A stretch of 62,297 nt of DNA from a virus (Duplodnaviria > Caudoviricetes), in IMG/VR virus record IMGVR_UViG_3300042893_000318, positions 1 through 62,297 of that record; one strand, written 5' to 3'. Every line of letters begins with the position of its first letter. The first letter of the stretch is position 1. The notes below the pieces were generated by a model. That model worked only from the letters and a program-made list of their open reading frames with translations. It had not been told where the DNA came from and searched no databases. The position numbers and the translations under genes are program-made. Shown in pieces: positions 17,350-26,839 of the stretch.

Positions 17350-17960
17350 TACTTAATCTTCTTAACTGCAGCTTTCTTTACAGGAGCCGCCTTCTTAACT
17401 GGGGCTACCTTTTTTACAGGTGCTGACACCTTTTTAACTGGTGCTCCAAACAATGGGCGCCCAAAACCAACAATTGCTACGGTCTGGCTTCTACGAAGTT
17501 TTGATCCGTTCTTCTTTTTATAAGCACGATTCTTGAGGCAGCATTCTCCACCGTTTCTTTGATCTCCCTTTTTATCTGAAGATGTATTTCCTTCTACAAC
17601 ATCTACTGTGCCATCTGTATTTACTGCAACAACAATTCCTACGTGAGAAATTCTATCAACACCGTCTGACGGAAAATCAAAATAGGCAATATCTCCAACT
17701 GCTGGCTCTGCTGTTTCTACTGGTTGCCACGTACCTGCTTTAATAAATGCTTGTGCTCCCGTTGGTGTATACACGGTATTAGGAATCTTTACGCCACTTT
17801 CGTTTCCGCACCAATTAACAAAACTTCCGCACCATGGTTGAAAGTTAGCTTTTGTAAGCTTACCATACTTTGTTTCATTATCCTTTGGACCTTCAATAGT
17901 TCCAACTTCTGCTAACGCTACTTCTACTAGTCTTGCTGCTGATCCTTGTTCTGCTGACAT
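17349..17960 (-). CDS. CHAP-domain endolysin
   Basis: WCGSFV (Cys), SHVGIV (His) and EGNT; C-terminal APVKK repeats. Confidence 0.88.
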   Translation of the reverse strand: MSAEQGSAARLVEVALAEVGTIEGPKDNETKYGKLTKANFQPWCGSFVNWCGNESGVKIPNTVYTPTGAQAFIKAGTWQPVETAEPAVGDIAYFDFPSDGVDRISHVGIVVAVNTDGTVDVVEGNTSSDKKGDQRNGGECCLKNRAYKKKNGSKLRRSQTVAIVGFGRPLFGAPVKKVSAPVKKVAPVKKAAPVKKAAVKKIK

Positions 17961-18051
17961 TTTATTCTCCTTTTATTTTAGTTGTTGTTTATTATTTTAA
18001 TAATAATTCTGTTTTTTATTATACCATTTTATCTGTATTTTTATCAACCAG

Positions 18052-18124
18052 TGCCTTCGGCAGGGATCGAACCTGCGGCCAGTCGGGTAGAAACCGAATG
18101 CTCTGTCCTCTGAGCTACGAAGGC
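18052..18124 (-). tRNA. tRNA-Arg(UCU)
   Basis: Cloverleaf: acceptor GCCTTCG/CGAAGGC, D arm GCTC/GAGC, anticodon loop TTTCTAC, GGTTCGATCCC T arm; no encoded CCA. Confidence 0.9.
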
Positions 18125-18131
18125 AATTTAA

Positions 18132-18431
18132 TTATATATTAAACTCTTCGTTTATATCAATAAGTCCTGATGCTTTAATGATATCCATTCCTTCTGGAGT
18201 AATTTCAATTATAGCTTCTAAAGATTCATCATATGAAACATTAATTAATCCCTTTTCATATAATTCTATCAGGGTTGAGTTGACATGATCTTCGTGGGCT
18301 TCCCACAATTCTGGGGCCAGCTCTTTAGCAGCATCGGTTATTTTAAAGATAAATTCTCCATCATCTTCTATGCCCATTACTTCAATGGCGCCGATCTCTA
18401 AATAAAAAGCTAACTTCTCGTCTTCGTCCAT
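18132..18431 (-). CDS. Acidic winged-helix-like hypothetical protein
   Basis: LYEKGLI...EITPEG pattern; leaderless start. Confidence 0.65.
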   Translation of the reverse strand: MDEDEKLAFYLEIGAIEVMGIEDDGEFIFKITDAAKELAPELWEAHEDHVNSTLIELYEKGLINVSYDESLEAIIEITPEGMDIIKASGLIDINEEFNI

Positions 18432-18453
18432 ATATTAATTATATACCTTTCCG

Positions 18454-18527
18454 TGCAACAGCTCGGACTTGAACCGAGGATTACCGAATTATGAGTTCGG
18501 GGCTTTAACCAACTAAGCTACTGTTGC
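18454..18527 (-). tRNA. tRNA with CAU anticodon (elongator Met or lysidine-modified Ile2)
   Basis: Acceptor GCAACAG/CTGTTGC, anticodon arm CCGAA-CTCATAA-TTCGG, T arm CTCGG-TTCAAGT-CCGAG. Paired G1-C72 and no GGG/CCC, so not an initiator. Confidence 0.88.
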
Positions 18528-18538
18528 TTAGGTGTATA

Positions 18539-18787
18539 TTATAACGTTCCGTCTTCATTTTTGTCAATGGTGCTCTCAACAAGTTGCTGTACATATTCTG
18601 AGAAATGCTTCCTAATGTTTCCGCTTGGCCTAGTGCCCAATACTTTCCATAGTCTTTTATATTCAATTACATTAGAGAAAGTAGTAGGACAAAGCATGAC
18701 TTCGTTATATTCTTTTAATATAGTTGGAAGGGGTACATGTTTTCCACAGCACTTGCATTCTTTAGCTTTTTCTTGATATATACTCAT
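18539..18787 (-). CDS. Cys-containing hypothetical protein
   Basis: CKCCG motif; coupled to terL. Confidence 0.65.
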   Translation of the reverse strand: MSIYQEKAKECKCCGKHVPLPTILKEYNEVMLCPTTFSNVIEYKRLWKVLGTRPSGNIRKHFSEYVQQLVESTIDKNEDGTL

Positions 18788-20589
18788 AATATCTGCATCC
18801 TATCCATTGCTTCTTGTAAGTTTTCAGGCATTCTTGGTGCCCTAATTAAATTATATGATTCATCTTTTTCTTCTCGTGGATTAAAATCATTGTCAAAGCT
18901 CATAGACTCGTATGTATGTATCTTTATTTCATTATCCATATTTGGTCTAGTTCTACTAATAGAATTGTATACTGCTCCACATACAGCATCTGCTAAGTCT
19001 TTAGAACCTTTTCTAGGGTGATCCACCCTGTCCCGCATAATTTTAAGTTGTAGCAATTCATCAATAAGTAGTTTAATTGCTGGACCAGATAATCTTTCTT
19101 CCATGACAACCATTGCCATATCATCATAATGTTTTTTAGCAACAGACAATAATTCTGTATTAATTCCATAGGACTTTAATTGCTGCATCATGTCATGTGA
19201 GTTCCAGCGGTCAAATGTGCAAGCACGAATGTTAAAGCCACGAGTCTTTAGAGATAAAATATAATCTTTTACTTCAGTAAAATCTACTGACTTATCTGGA
19301 GTAGGGGTCCAATATCTAACAGCATCTACGCTAACAATTGGAGCTGGTTGAGAGTATTCATTTGTTACTTTAACATTAACCCACCTATCAACATGCGCTA
19401 AAGCTACAGCACAATGGTCATGCTTCTGAGCTAAGTCAACATGAATAAAATAATCTTTATCATTTTCTGGTTTAAACCATTCTTCTATTCTACCAAAATT
19501 ATCCACTGCTAAATTCATTTTATTAAATGCCTTTTCAATCTTTTCACGAGACTTAAAGAACGCATCAACCATTTCTGGTGGCATACAAGCAAAGCGTCCT
19601 AGGGCATCTAGACTATTTTTATAAAATGCTGTCTTAAAATCATCAATACTTCTAGTTGGATTTACTTCCCAAGTAGGTCTTTTTAATGCGTAGACTTTTG
19701 GAATCAAATATGATTTAATATGATCTTCTTCCCATTGAACTTCAAACTCATTGCCTTCCGTTCCGTCTGGAAGGTCTTCGTCCATCTTGAAATGATGTGT
19801 ACGGATAATAGTTTCTTTTTCAGCAATCACGGAATCATAAAACTTTTGAATAGGATCATTTTTAAATCGTGGAAATGAAAGAAGAATTACTTTACCAAAG
19901 TCTGGGAAACGAGAATCAACTGAGGCACGATACATGTCGTATATAGCATTAGCAGTTTTAGCTTGATCGTGACCAGTTGTATTGTCTGTAGCAAAACCAG
20001 ATATCTCGTCTAGGATAACTACAAGTACGTTATATCCTTCCCACGCCTCACGCTCTGAGTGGCCCGAGTGAACTGTAACTGATTTATCAAACTTCATTTC
20101 AGAAGCCTTGTCTGTATACTTTCCAACAAACCAAGGTGATCTTTCAATACGTGTTTTAAATCCTTTAAAGAAAACATTATTTGCCTGTTGAGCATTTATA
20201 GCAATATTTAAAATATCAATTGCATCTCCTGGAGGTTTGCCATAATATGTGGCTGGATCTTTCAAGCATAGCAATAGGTATACTATATATGAAACTGCGA
20301 TGGTTGATGAATAATCTTTACCAGAGCCTTTACCTAATTGAGCAATAACTTCTGTAGCCGTCTGCTTGTACATTCTTGCACCCTCTTCGTCTCCGAAAAG
20401 TTTTTTAAGTGTAGCTTCTTTATAAATCTGAGAACTTTTTTCAATTAAAGTGTATTGTGCTTCTGAAAGTGGCGGAAGCGCAAGAAATTGTGGATCTGTT
20501 ACAAACGTGCGAAGATCAACTGGGCGTTCGTCAAACTCTTCGCCGTCCAGCATATCAATAAGATCATTAAAATTAAAGTCCACTGACAT
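18784..20589 (-). CDS. terL: Terminase large subunit
   Basis: Walker A LGKGSGKD, Walker B VILDE, RNase H-like nuclease motifs HVDLA, FDRWNS and KDLADA. Confidence 0.92.
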   Translation of the reverse strand: MSVDFNFNDLIDMLDGEEFDERPVDLRTFVTDPQFLALPPLSEAQYTLIEKSSQIYKEATLKKLFGDEEGARMYKQTATEVIAQLGKGSGKDYSSTIAVSYIVYLLLCLKDPATYYGKPPGDAIDILNIAINAQQANNVFFKGFKTRIERSPWFVGKYTDKASEMKFDKSVTVHSGHSEREAWEGYNVLVVILDEISGFATDNTTGHDQAKTANAIYDMYRASVDSRFPDFGKVILLSFPRFKNDPIQKFYDSVIAEKETIIRTHHFKMDEDLPDGTEGNEFEVQWEEDHIKSYLIPKVYALKRPTWEVNPTRSIDDFKTAFYKNSLDALGRFACMPPEMVDAFFKSREKIEKAFNKMNLAVDNFGRIEEWFKPENDKDYFIHVDLAQKHDHCAVALAHVDRWVNVKVTNEYSQPAPIVSVDAVRYWTPTPDKSVDFTEVKDYILSLKTRGFNIRACTFDRWNSHDMMQQLKSYGINTELLSVAKKHYDDMAMVVMEERLSGPAIKLLIDELLQLKIMRDRVDHPRKGSKDLADAVCGAVYNSISRTRPNMDNEIKIHTYESMSFDNDFNPREEKDESYNLIRAPRMPENLQEAMDRMQIL

Positions 20590-21109
20590 CCTCTACTATA
20601 ATTGACTCAACTATTCCTGTAATTTGAGATAGTCTTCTAGCAACATCCATTTTACATTTAGGGCAACTTGAGGTTACTTCTTTTAAAATTCTAACTAAAA
20701 TTTCTTGTTTGCGTTCTGTCTCGGCAATTATATCTGCCATCTCAGCATTGTCTAATAGACCTACTTGTTGAAGCATTGCTATTCGTTTTGTTTCAATGTC
20801 GGCAATTAATTTTAGGGCACCAGATTTAATGCCAAGCTGTCCAGATTGATCTGCATCTTCTACAGTTTTCCATGCCTCTTTAATTAACATAGCATAGTGT
20901 TGATCGGCACCAGATATTGCTTCTTTAGCACGATCTTTAGCATTCTGATCATTGTGGACTACGGATTTCCATTCACCAATTAATTCAACAACATCTTTGC
21001 GGGGAAACCCAGTAATAGTAGCAATAGCAGTAGCATTATTACCCTTAAGTAATTCTTCCACCACTTTGTTCATTCGGTCAAAATGACTCGATAATTCTAT
21101 CTCTGACAT
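20573..21109 (-). CDS. Putative terminase small subunit
   Basis: N-terminal HTH-like segment, helical body, overlaps the terL start. Confidence 0.6.
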   Translation of the reverse strand: MSEIELSSHFDRMNKVVEELLKGNNATAIATITGFPRKDVVELIGEWKSVVHNDQNAKDRAKEAISGADQHYAMLIKEAWKTVEDADQSGQLGIKSGALKLIADIETKRIAMLQQVGLLDNAEMADIIAETERKQEILVRILKEVTSSCPKCKMDVARRLSQITGIVESIIVEDVSGL

Positions 21110-21140
21110 TTAATTAGTATACCATCTTAGTCGACTAAAA

Positions 21141-21455
21141 TCAATCACATAATTTATATAAAACTAAATAACCAATCATATCTTCTATATCATTATCTCC
21201 TGGGAATGACTCAGCATTTTTAATTCTGCTTAATTTATCATCAAGTCTAACCATAATTTGTTCTTTTGGATCCGCCTTGCTAAATACTCTAACTGGGTTT
21301 AAAGCAGAGTTTCCATAAGATATATTCTTTTTAATTAACATCTCCGCAATTTCTAAACACTCTCTTAAAATTTCATGTCCAGATGGAGCATCAATTGCTG
21401 AAAGCTGGAGATCTGTAATCCAAGTTTGATAACCTTTATCCTTTTGAATATTCAT
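21141..21455 (-). CDS. DUF1599 / nucleotide-modification-associated helical domain protein
   Basis: KKNISYGNS...RLDDKLSRI...DMIGY motif. Confidence 0.75.
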   Translation of the reverse strand: MNIQKDKGYQTWITDLQLSAIDAPSGHEILRECLEIAEMLIKKNISYGNSALNPVRVFSKADPKEQIMVRLDDKLSRIKNAESFPGDNDIEDMIGYLVLYKLCD

Positions 21456-22483
21456 TAATTTGCTCCTTTAGCATGGGGAATAGATTCTGCTTTACTTAAT
21501 GGCGAAACTTTAACATAGTTTGATTCATAAGCTAAATCTCCTAATGCATGTACTCCAGAATAAGAACATCCACTACCTAGACCGCCTTTAATTTCTTCAA
21601 TAACATTTGACACCAATCCCTTATAAGGTATCATAGTAGACACGCCTTCTGGCACAGAAGACTCTCCACGCCATTGCAATTGAGCTTCCTTACTTGCCAT
21701 ACCCCTAAATCGTTTAAACCCGTTATCTAGGTCTCCAGGGGCTTCATCCGTACCTGCTAGCATAGAGCCAAGCATAACCATGTCTGCGCCTGCAGCAAAA
21801 GCTTTTACCATGTCTCCTGTATTTCTAATTCCACCATCTGCAATAATTAAAGCCTCTATATTATTTTCTTTTTTAAATTCATAACAATCAATAATAGATT
21901 GAAGAGTTGGCATTCCATGACCAGAAACAATTCTAGTAGTACATGTGGCTCCGCCACCAATTCCTACCCTAATTGCATCGGCACCCATTCTAGACAATCT
22001 TCCGTATCCATACTTTGTAGAAACATTGCCTGCCATAACTTTTAATTTTGGGAAATTAGATTTTAATACTCTAACTGCTCTAGCACATGATTCTCCATGA
22101 CCATTAGCAGTATCAACACATATCCATTTAACTTTAACAAAAATTAAATCCTCAATGAATTGAGTATCTAAAGCTTCAATTGCTGATATAGCAATACCAA
22201 TATTATCTGGATTTTCTGTAGCCCTTATTGCTTTACGACATTCCAATATTCTATCATTAGAACTCATGTATCTATGTATAATTCCAATTCCGCCAGCATT
22301 AGCAATATGTGCTGCCATTTCCCAACCAGTTACTGTGTCCATAGGACTTGAAACAATAGGTAAATCATACCCATTCATCTTTAAGTTAACTTCTTTTCGG
22401 CTTGCTACATCTGATTGTTGTGGAACTAAAAGAATATCATCAAAGCAAAGTGCCTCACTATTACCAATATTAAGCATTATCAA
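21455..22483 (-). CDS. guaB: IMP dehydrogenase / GMP reductase family protein (no CBS domains)
   Basis: [26 protein letters not shown] (catalytic Cys), IIADGG, FRGMAS and PEGV. Confidence 0.88.
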   Translation of the reverse strand: MIMLNIGNSEALCFDDILLVPQQSDVASRKEVNLKMNGYDLPIVSSPMDTVTGWEMAAHIANAGGIGIIHRYMSSNDRILECRKAIRATENPDNIGIAISAIEALDTQFIEDLIFVKVKWICVDTANGHGESCARAVRVLKSNFPKLKVMAGNVSTKYGYGRLSRMGADAIRVGIGGGATCTTRIVSGHGMPTLQSIIDCYEFKKENNIEALIIADGGIRNTGDMVKAFAAGADMVMLGSMLAGTDEAPGDLDNGFKRFRGMASKEAQLQWRGESSVPEGVSTMIPYKGLVSNVIEEIKGGLGSGCSYSGVHALGDLAYESNYVKVSPLSKAESIPHAKGAN

Positions 22484-23153
22484 TCTCTCTGTATAGTTGT
22501 TTAAGTCCCCTTAAAGTTCCTATATCCATATATTTCCCGCCTGGCCTTGTTGCCATAATATTCATACCATCATCAATCCAGTCTTGGATCTGCTTTCCTG
22601 GATGGTCTTTTTCTGGATCTAGGTATCTTATCATATTTTTTCTGAATAGCATAGTACCCCACATATCTTTATATTCACAATCATCAACTTTATCTTGCGA
22701 AGCAATTACCTTGCTATTTGAATCTATAAGGACTTGACCAACACGGCCCTTTAAATCATCTTGACAAGGCCACACTCCTAGAACTAAATCAGCGTTGTCA
22801 TGCTTCATCATCTCTTTATAAATATTTACTGGAGAATTTAGTATAAAGGTGTCTGGCATTCCAACCAATACGGTATCATTATAATTGCCCACCATAAAAT
22901 TTATTGCATCAGACATAGTAGATGGCTCACGAACAATTAATTTAACATTCATATCCATATTTTGAATAATTGGAACCCATTCGGCTCTTGTAGATATTCT
23001 AACTTCATCACAAACTTCTAGCATTTGATCTACATGCCATTGAATCAAAGATGTATGATCAGAAATTGGTAAACAAAATTTAGGTATACCCCCAATTCTG
23101 GAAGCCTTTCCCGATGCTGGTAAAACTCCTATTGTAGACATTATTTTTCCCAC
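22470..23153 (-). CDS. Sugar-phosphate nucleotidyltransferase-like protein
   Basis: LPASGKASRIGGIPKFCLP signature and C-terminal YMDIGT. Confidence 0.82.
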   Translation of the reverse strand: MGKIMSTIGVLPASGKASRIGGIPKFCLPISDHTSLIQWHVDQMLEVCDEVRISTRAEWVPIIQNMDMNVKLIVREPSTMSDAINFMVGNYNDTVLVGMPDTFILNSPVNIYKEMMKHDNADLVLGVWPCQDDLKGRVGQVLIDSNSKVIASQDKVDDCEYKDMWGTMLFRKNMIRYLDPEKDHPGKQIQDWIDDGMNIMATRPGGKYMDIGTLRGLKQLYREIDNA

Positions 23154-23899
23154 TCGTGAGGATTAAATCCATTTGGATATGATTCATTTACCATTGGATC
23201 TTTTTTCCATGCTATCCAGCCAGCTTCTCTATCGTCACCCCAATATAGGTGAACAACATCTTTATCTAGAAGACGCCTTGCTTCTTCTCCATTTAATATT
23301 TTTACATTATTATTTTTTAGCCAATCCATTTCCATGAGCTCTAACGCCCAGTCATTTAAATGTTTGTGATAAGGCTCTACGCCTAATTGCTTGTATATAG
23401 CGTCTGTAAACATTTGCACATCAGTATAATAATGTACCATGTGATTATGCTTAATAATACCGTCTGAACATCTTTCAACGCATAGATCTATTGCTGCTTT
23501 CATTATTGGGCTTCCCGCTTTTGCCGCAATTACTTGAGTTGCAAGCCACGGGGTATCCCTCTCAATGTCCATAAGGGCATCGTTATCATCGCTTAGCCAA
23601 TCTGAAATTGGTGCTTTACAATGAGTATCCATATCTGCGTAAACACCACCATGAATATAAAGAATTGCAAATCTCCACAGGCCAGCTTTCATAACTCCAA
23701 GCGGTAGGTTTACGTATGTATTGTATACCTCCTCTGAAAAGTTTTCTTCAAAAAAGTTTTCTCTATCTGGACCAGACATATAGCCGTGATTCCAGTCTTG
23801 ATTCATATGCTTCCAAGTTCCTATACTTTCTTTAGCATATTGCGGTAGATCATCATAAGATGTTTCATAGGTCTGCCAAATATTTTTTTCAATACTCAT
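23141..23899 (-). CDS. GT32 / OCH1-like DXD glycosyltransferase
   Basis: IWQT, WRFAILYIHGGVYADMD. Confidence 0.88.
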   Translation of the reverse strand: MSIEKNIWQTYETSYDDLPQYAKESIGTWKHMNQDWNHGYMSGPDRENFFEENFSEEVYNTYVNLPLGVMKAGLWRFAILYIHGGVYADMDTHCKAPISDWLSDDNDALMDIERDTPWLATQVIAAKAGSPIMKAAIDLCVERCSDGIIKHNHMVHYYTDVQMFTDAIYKQLGVEPYHKHLNDWALELMEMDWLKNNNVKILNGEEARRLLDKDVVHLYWGDDREAGWIAWKKDPMVNESYPNGFNPHEWEK

Positions 23900-24042
23900 C
23901 TTTTTTTAATTAATCCAAACTGTACTAAATACCTCTGAATAGTCATTGCAGAAGTTCCTGCTTCTTTTGCTATTTCTGTAACTGTCTTTTTTTGTACAAG
24001 ATAGCGCCTGTGAAGCCATTCTTTGCTTTGATACAACTTCAT
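23896..24042 (-). CDS. 48-aa HTH protein
   Basis: Hand-translated MKLYQSKEWLHRRYLVQKKTVTEIAKEAGTSAMTIQRYL; ATGA overlaps on both sides. Confidence 0.75.
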   Translation of the reverse strand: MKLYQSKEWLHRRYLVQKKTVTEIAKEAGTSAMTIQRYLVQFGLIKKR

Positions 24043-24605
24043 CTTTTAGTCAACTCCTCATTAGAATAATGGGCAATACCAAAAGCATCTGCCACATCAA
24101 AATCGTCTAAACTTAATCCATATTTATTATTAAAATAATCTACCGTTCTCTGTTTACGCATATTTCTTATTTGATTCTTATACCAAGAATCAGCGTACCC
24201 TGGATGTTTTAATCTTATAGCCGCCTTCTCATCTTTGGTAGGATTTTTGTTTCCAATGTAAGCCTGCCAAGCTGTAGGAGAAATAGTAATGACCTTAGCT
24301 CCAGTAGACATAAGCTCAGCAATAACAACACCATAAACATAAGATAATTTTATCACAGCATCAGGGGATCTGACAAGGATAGCGCCTTCTACAGCAATAT
24401 AATCAGACTTTAATTCATCTAACATAACAGACATCTTTACCTTAGCGTCATATATCTTTTCATAAATATCTGATCCAGACAACTCTATCTTGCCCCACTT
24501 TAATGGTTTATTATTTTCCATTAAGCAAAACGCAATTGAATTTGTAGAGGCATCTATACCTAAAACTCTACCAGCTTTTGTTTTTACTAAGTCAGCTAAT
24601 TTCAT
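24039..24605 (-). CDS. ruvC: RuvC-like Holliday junction resolvase
   Basis: VLGID, IAVE and DVADAFGIA acidic catalytic motifs. Confidence 0.85.
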   Translation of the reverse strand: MKLADLVKTKAGRVLGIDASTNSIAFCLMENNKPLKWGKIELSGSDIYEKIYDAKVKMSVMLDELKSDYIAVEGAILVRSPDAVIKLSYVYGVVIAELMSTGAKVITISPTAWQAYIGNKNPTKDEKAAIRLKHPGYADSWYKNQIRNMRKQRTVDYFNNKYGLSLDDFDVADAFGIAHYSNEELTKR

Positions 24606-24870
24606 CTAGCATTCCTAATAATGTATTTTTATTCTTTAAATTTATATTTTTTTCACAACTTGAGCATATTTCATTTTGATTATATCTACTTAATCTAATA
24701 GAACATTTTTTACATTTTCTTAATGCTCCATTTTTAATGGCCTTTTTTTCGTAATACTTTTCCATAATTCTTTTATTGGTTGCAACTCTGCAGCACTCAT
24801 CAGAACAATATTTTTGATTATGAGTTTTAGCATCAAAGTCTTTAGCGCATTCCTTATTGCTACAAATCAT
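24592..24870 (-). CDS. Multi-Cys zinc-finger protein
   Basis: CSNKEC, YCSDECC, CKKC, CSSC. Confidence 0.7.
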   Translation of the reverse strand: MICSNKECAKDFDAKTHNQKYCSDECCRVATNKRIMEKYYEKKAIKNGALRKCKKCSIRLSRYNQNEICSSCEKNINLKNKNTLLGMLDEIS

Positions 24871-25658
24871 ATCTTAGGAACCTCATACAACTCAATCTGT
24901 ACTGTACCAGTAGGAGTATCTTTACTGTAGCATTCTTTTTTAACTGGGCAATAAGTACAGGGCATCTTAGACTTAGTTACTCCAGCTGGCTTCATTGGAA
25001 TATCTCCGTCTTTAAAATTATCCCAAACTTCACACATCCAAGTAAAAGTATCTTCAATTATCTTAGTATTCTTTTCATTCATAGAGATAGGGATTATAAG
25101 TATCTCTTGAGTGTTTTTATTCTCATAAAGAAAAAAGCCTTCTTTAGCATTCTTTAGTTTCATATAGGTAAGCAGTTGTAGCATATGATTGGCTGAAGAT
25201 TTCATCTCAGACTGTCTAGTATCCCAGACTTCTTGCTTAGCCGTTTTAATTTCACCAATTACAGTTTGTCCATCATACTCCATAATCAAGTCAATGAAGC
25301 CACGAATAGGAGGGTATTCATTAATGATTTCCTCTTCTTCCGCTTTCCATTGTGGCATAGTCGCAATAAGTTTTTGAAGCCTTTCGTGAGCTTGAGTTCC
25401 CTGAGCCATATTAGCTACGGCAACAGCATCGTTATCATCAATAAACATTGCACCGCTAAAAGCCATGTACCAGTATCTAGGACATGTTCCATGGCCGTAT
25501 CCTAAAGAGCTTGGGCTAAATGATTTCTTTGTCATTTCTCCATCAGCACGTTTAGTATTCCTATATGATTCATCTAATAGTTGTGCAAATAGTTCTGGGT
25601 CAAAGTGCTTTCCAGTATGCTTCTTGAACTTAAGATTCTTTACTATGTCTCTACCCAT
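24867..25658 (-). CDS. Cas4-like PD-(D/E)xK exonuclease
   Basis: CPRYWY, GFID, EIKT, QLLTY and C-terminal CTYCPVKKEC Fe-S motif. Confidence 0.88.
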   Translation of the reverse strand: MGRDIVKNLKFKKHTGKHFDPELFAQLLDESYRNTKRADGEMTKKSFSPSSLGYGHGTCPRYWYMAFSGAMFIDDNDAVAVANMAQGTQAHERLQKLIATMPQWKAEEEEIINEYPPIRGFIDLIMEYDGQTVIGEIKTAKQEVWDTRQSEMKSSANHMLQLLTYMKLKNAKEGFFLYENKNTQEILIIPISMNEKNTKIIEDTFTWMCEVWDNFKDGDIPMKPAGVTKSKMPCTYCPVKKECYSKDTPTGTVQIELYEVPKI

Positions 25659-25900
25659 TAATCATCATCCCCATCTTCATCATCTTTATCCTTAGCAGGC
25701 ATTTGTATTGGATCTATAGGGGTTTGTATAATCTCAATTGCAGGTGAAGGAACCGTATCTGCTGTTTTAAAAGGAAATAAAAATATAAATCCAGATACTG
25801 CAATAACAATAGCAAGCAAAACAATAAAAGGAAGTTTGTTGCCTACATAAGGATCATCGTGATCATTATCAATTAACTCAAACCATTCTGGTTTTCTCAT
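25658..25900 (-). CDS. Single-TM membrane protein with acidic tail
   Basis: Hydrophobic central helix. Confidence 0.6.
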   Translation of the reverse strand: MRKPEWFELIDNDHDDPYVGNKLPFIVLLAIVIAVSGFIFLFPFKTADTVPSPAIEIIQTPIDPIQMPAKDKDDEDGDDD

Positions 25901-26247
25901 GAATTGTACCTAACAACATACTTGAGTGCATCTACAAGTTTGTCTATAGACTCCTTTACTGAATAATAAATATTCTTTTTGTTATTGTTTTCTGTACCCG
26001 CTTTATCTTTTGCAATCGTAGAATATACTGATGCGAGAACCGCAAACTTAGTTGACATTGCCTGCAACTCCATAATTAAAAGTGGAGCTTTTGCCGAAGG
26101 AACATCTGGGTTCATTAATAATTTTACCACAATGCCAAGGGCTTTATCCAAATGTTCATCCCGCATAAACTCATGAAGATCATTAAACTCAGTGATATCA
26201 CTAATGATCTCTAAGGTATTTTTAGACTCAACTTTATTTTCCGACAT
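25897..26247 (-). CDS. Helical hypothetical protein
   Basis: ORF; start probably MSENK. Confidence 0.65.
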   Translation of the reverse strand: MSENKVESKNTLEIISDITEFNDLHEFMRDEHLDKALGIVVKLLMNPDVPSAKAPLLIMELQAMSTKFAVLASVYSTIAKDKAGTENNNKKNIYYSVKESIDKLVDALKYVVRYNS

Positions 26248-26336
26248 GTTTTTCAACCTCTTTCTTTGTATATGAAATAGCCCAACTGCCAAATATATTA
26301 CCGACTATAAATCCAACTAAGAACGCAAGTGAAAGG

Positions 26337-26642
26337 TTATCCATGATTCTTTTCCCAAAATGTAATCAGTTCTTCTAAAACTGCCCATTCAATTAAACCT
26401 AGTCTAACCTTTGAATCTGTTCCTAAAATAATTTTAAGAGCTGGGTACATATCTCTATTAACTTTAAAGGTATCTGTGCAAATTTTTGCCCAGACTTCTT
26501 TGTTAAGCGCAAACGATCTTGAAGCTTCTTTATAATCTACTAAAAATTGTTTCCATTGAGCGTCACCCTTTTGGTAATCTCCACGACCACTATTCTTTTG
26601 AGCCTTGGCTCCATCACGCTTAACCTCTGATCTTTCAGACAT
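26337..26642 (-). CDS. Small PD-(D/E)xK nuclease (Hjc-like resolvase)
   Basis: E...SGRG...KGD...VDYKE pattern. Confidence 0.6.
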   Translation of the reverse strand: MSERSEVKRDGAKAQKNSGRGDYQKGDAQWKQFLVDYKEASRSFALNKEVWAKICTDTFKVNRDMYPALKIILGTDSKVRLGLIEWAVLEELITFWEKNHG

Positions 26643-26839
26643 TAGTTAACCTTAAAAGAATTTTCATGACCATTACTGCATTTCCAATACATGGTCAAAT
26701 CAATAGCATCCCATAATGCGCCAACTACATCTTCGGAGCAATGTGAACATGGACGAATTCCATTTAGCTGCTCTAGATCCCTATCATTTAATTTTAAATC
26801 TACTTTCTTTTTATTAAGAAACTGATTAAGATCTGGCAT
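26642..26839 (-). CDS. Zinc-ribbon hypothetical protein
   Basis: CSHC...CSNGH. Confidence 0.65.
   Translation of the reverse strand: MPDLNQFLNKKKVDLKLNDRDLEQLNGIRPCSHCSEDVVGALWDAIDLTMYWKCSNGHENSFKVN

Noticed and set aside
24867-25658. Cas4-like gene as evidence of a CRISPR-Cas system
   Set aside because: No repeat-spacer array or other cas genes are visible; solo Cas4-like exonucleases are common in phage recombination modules
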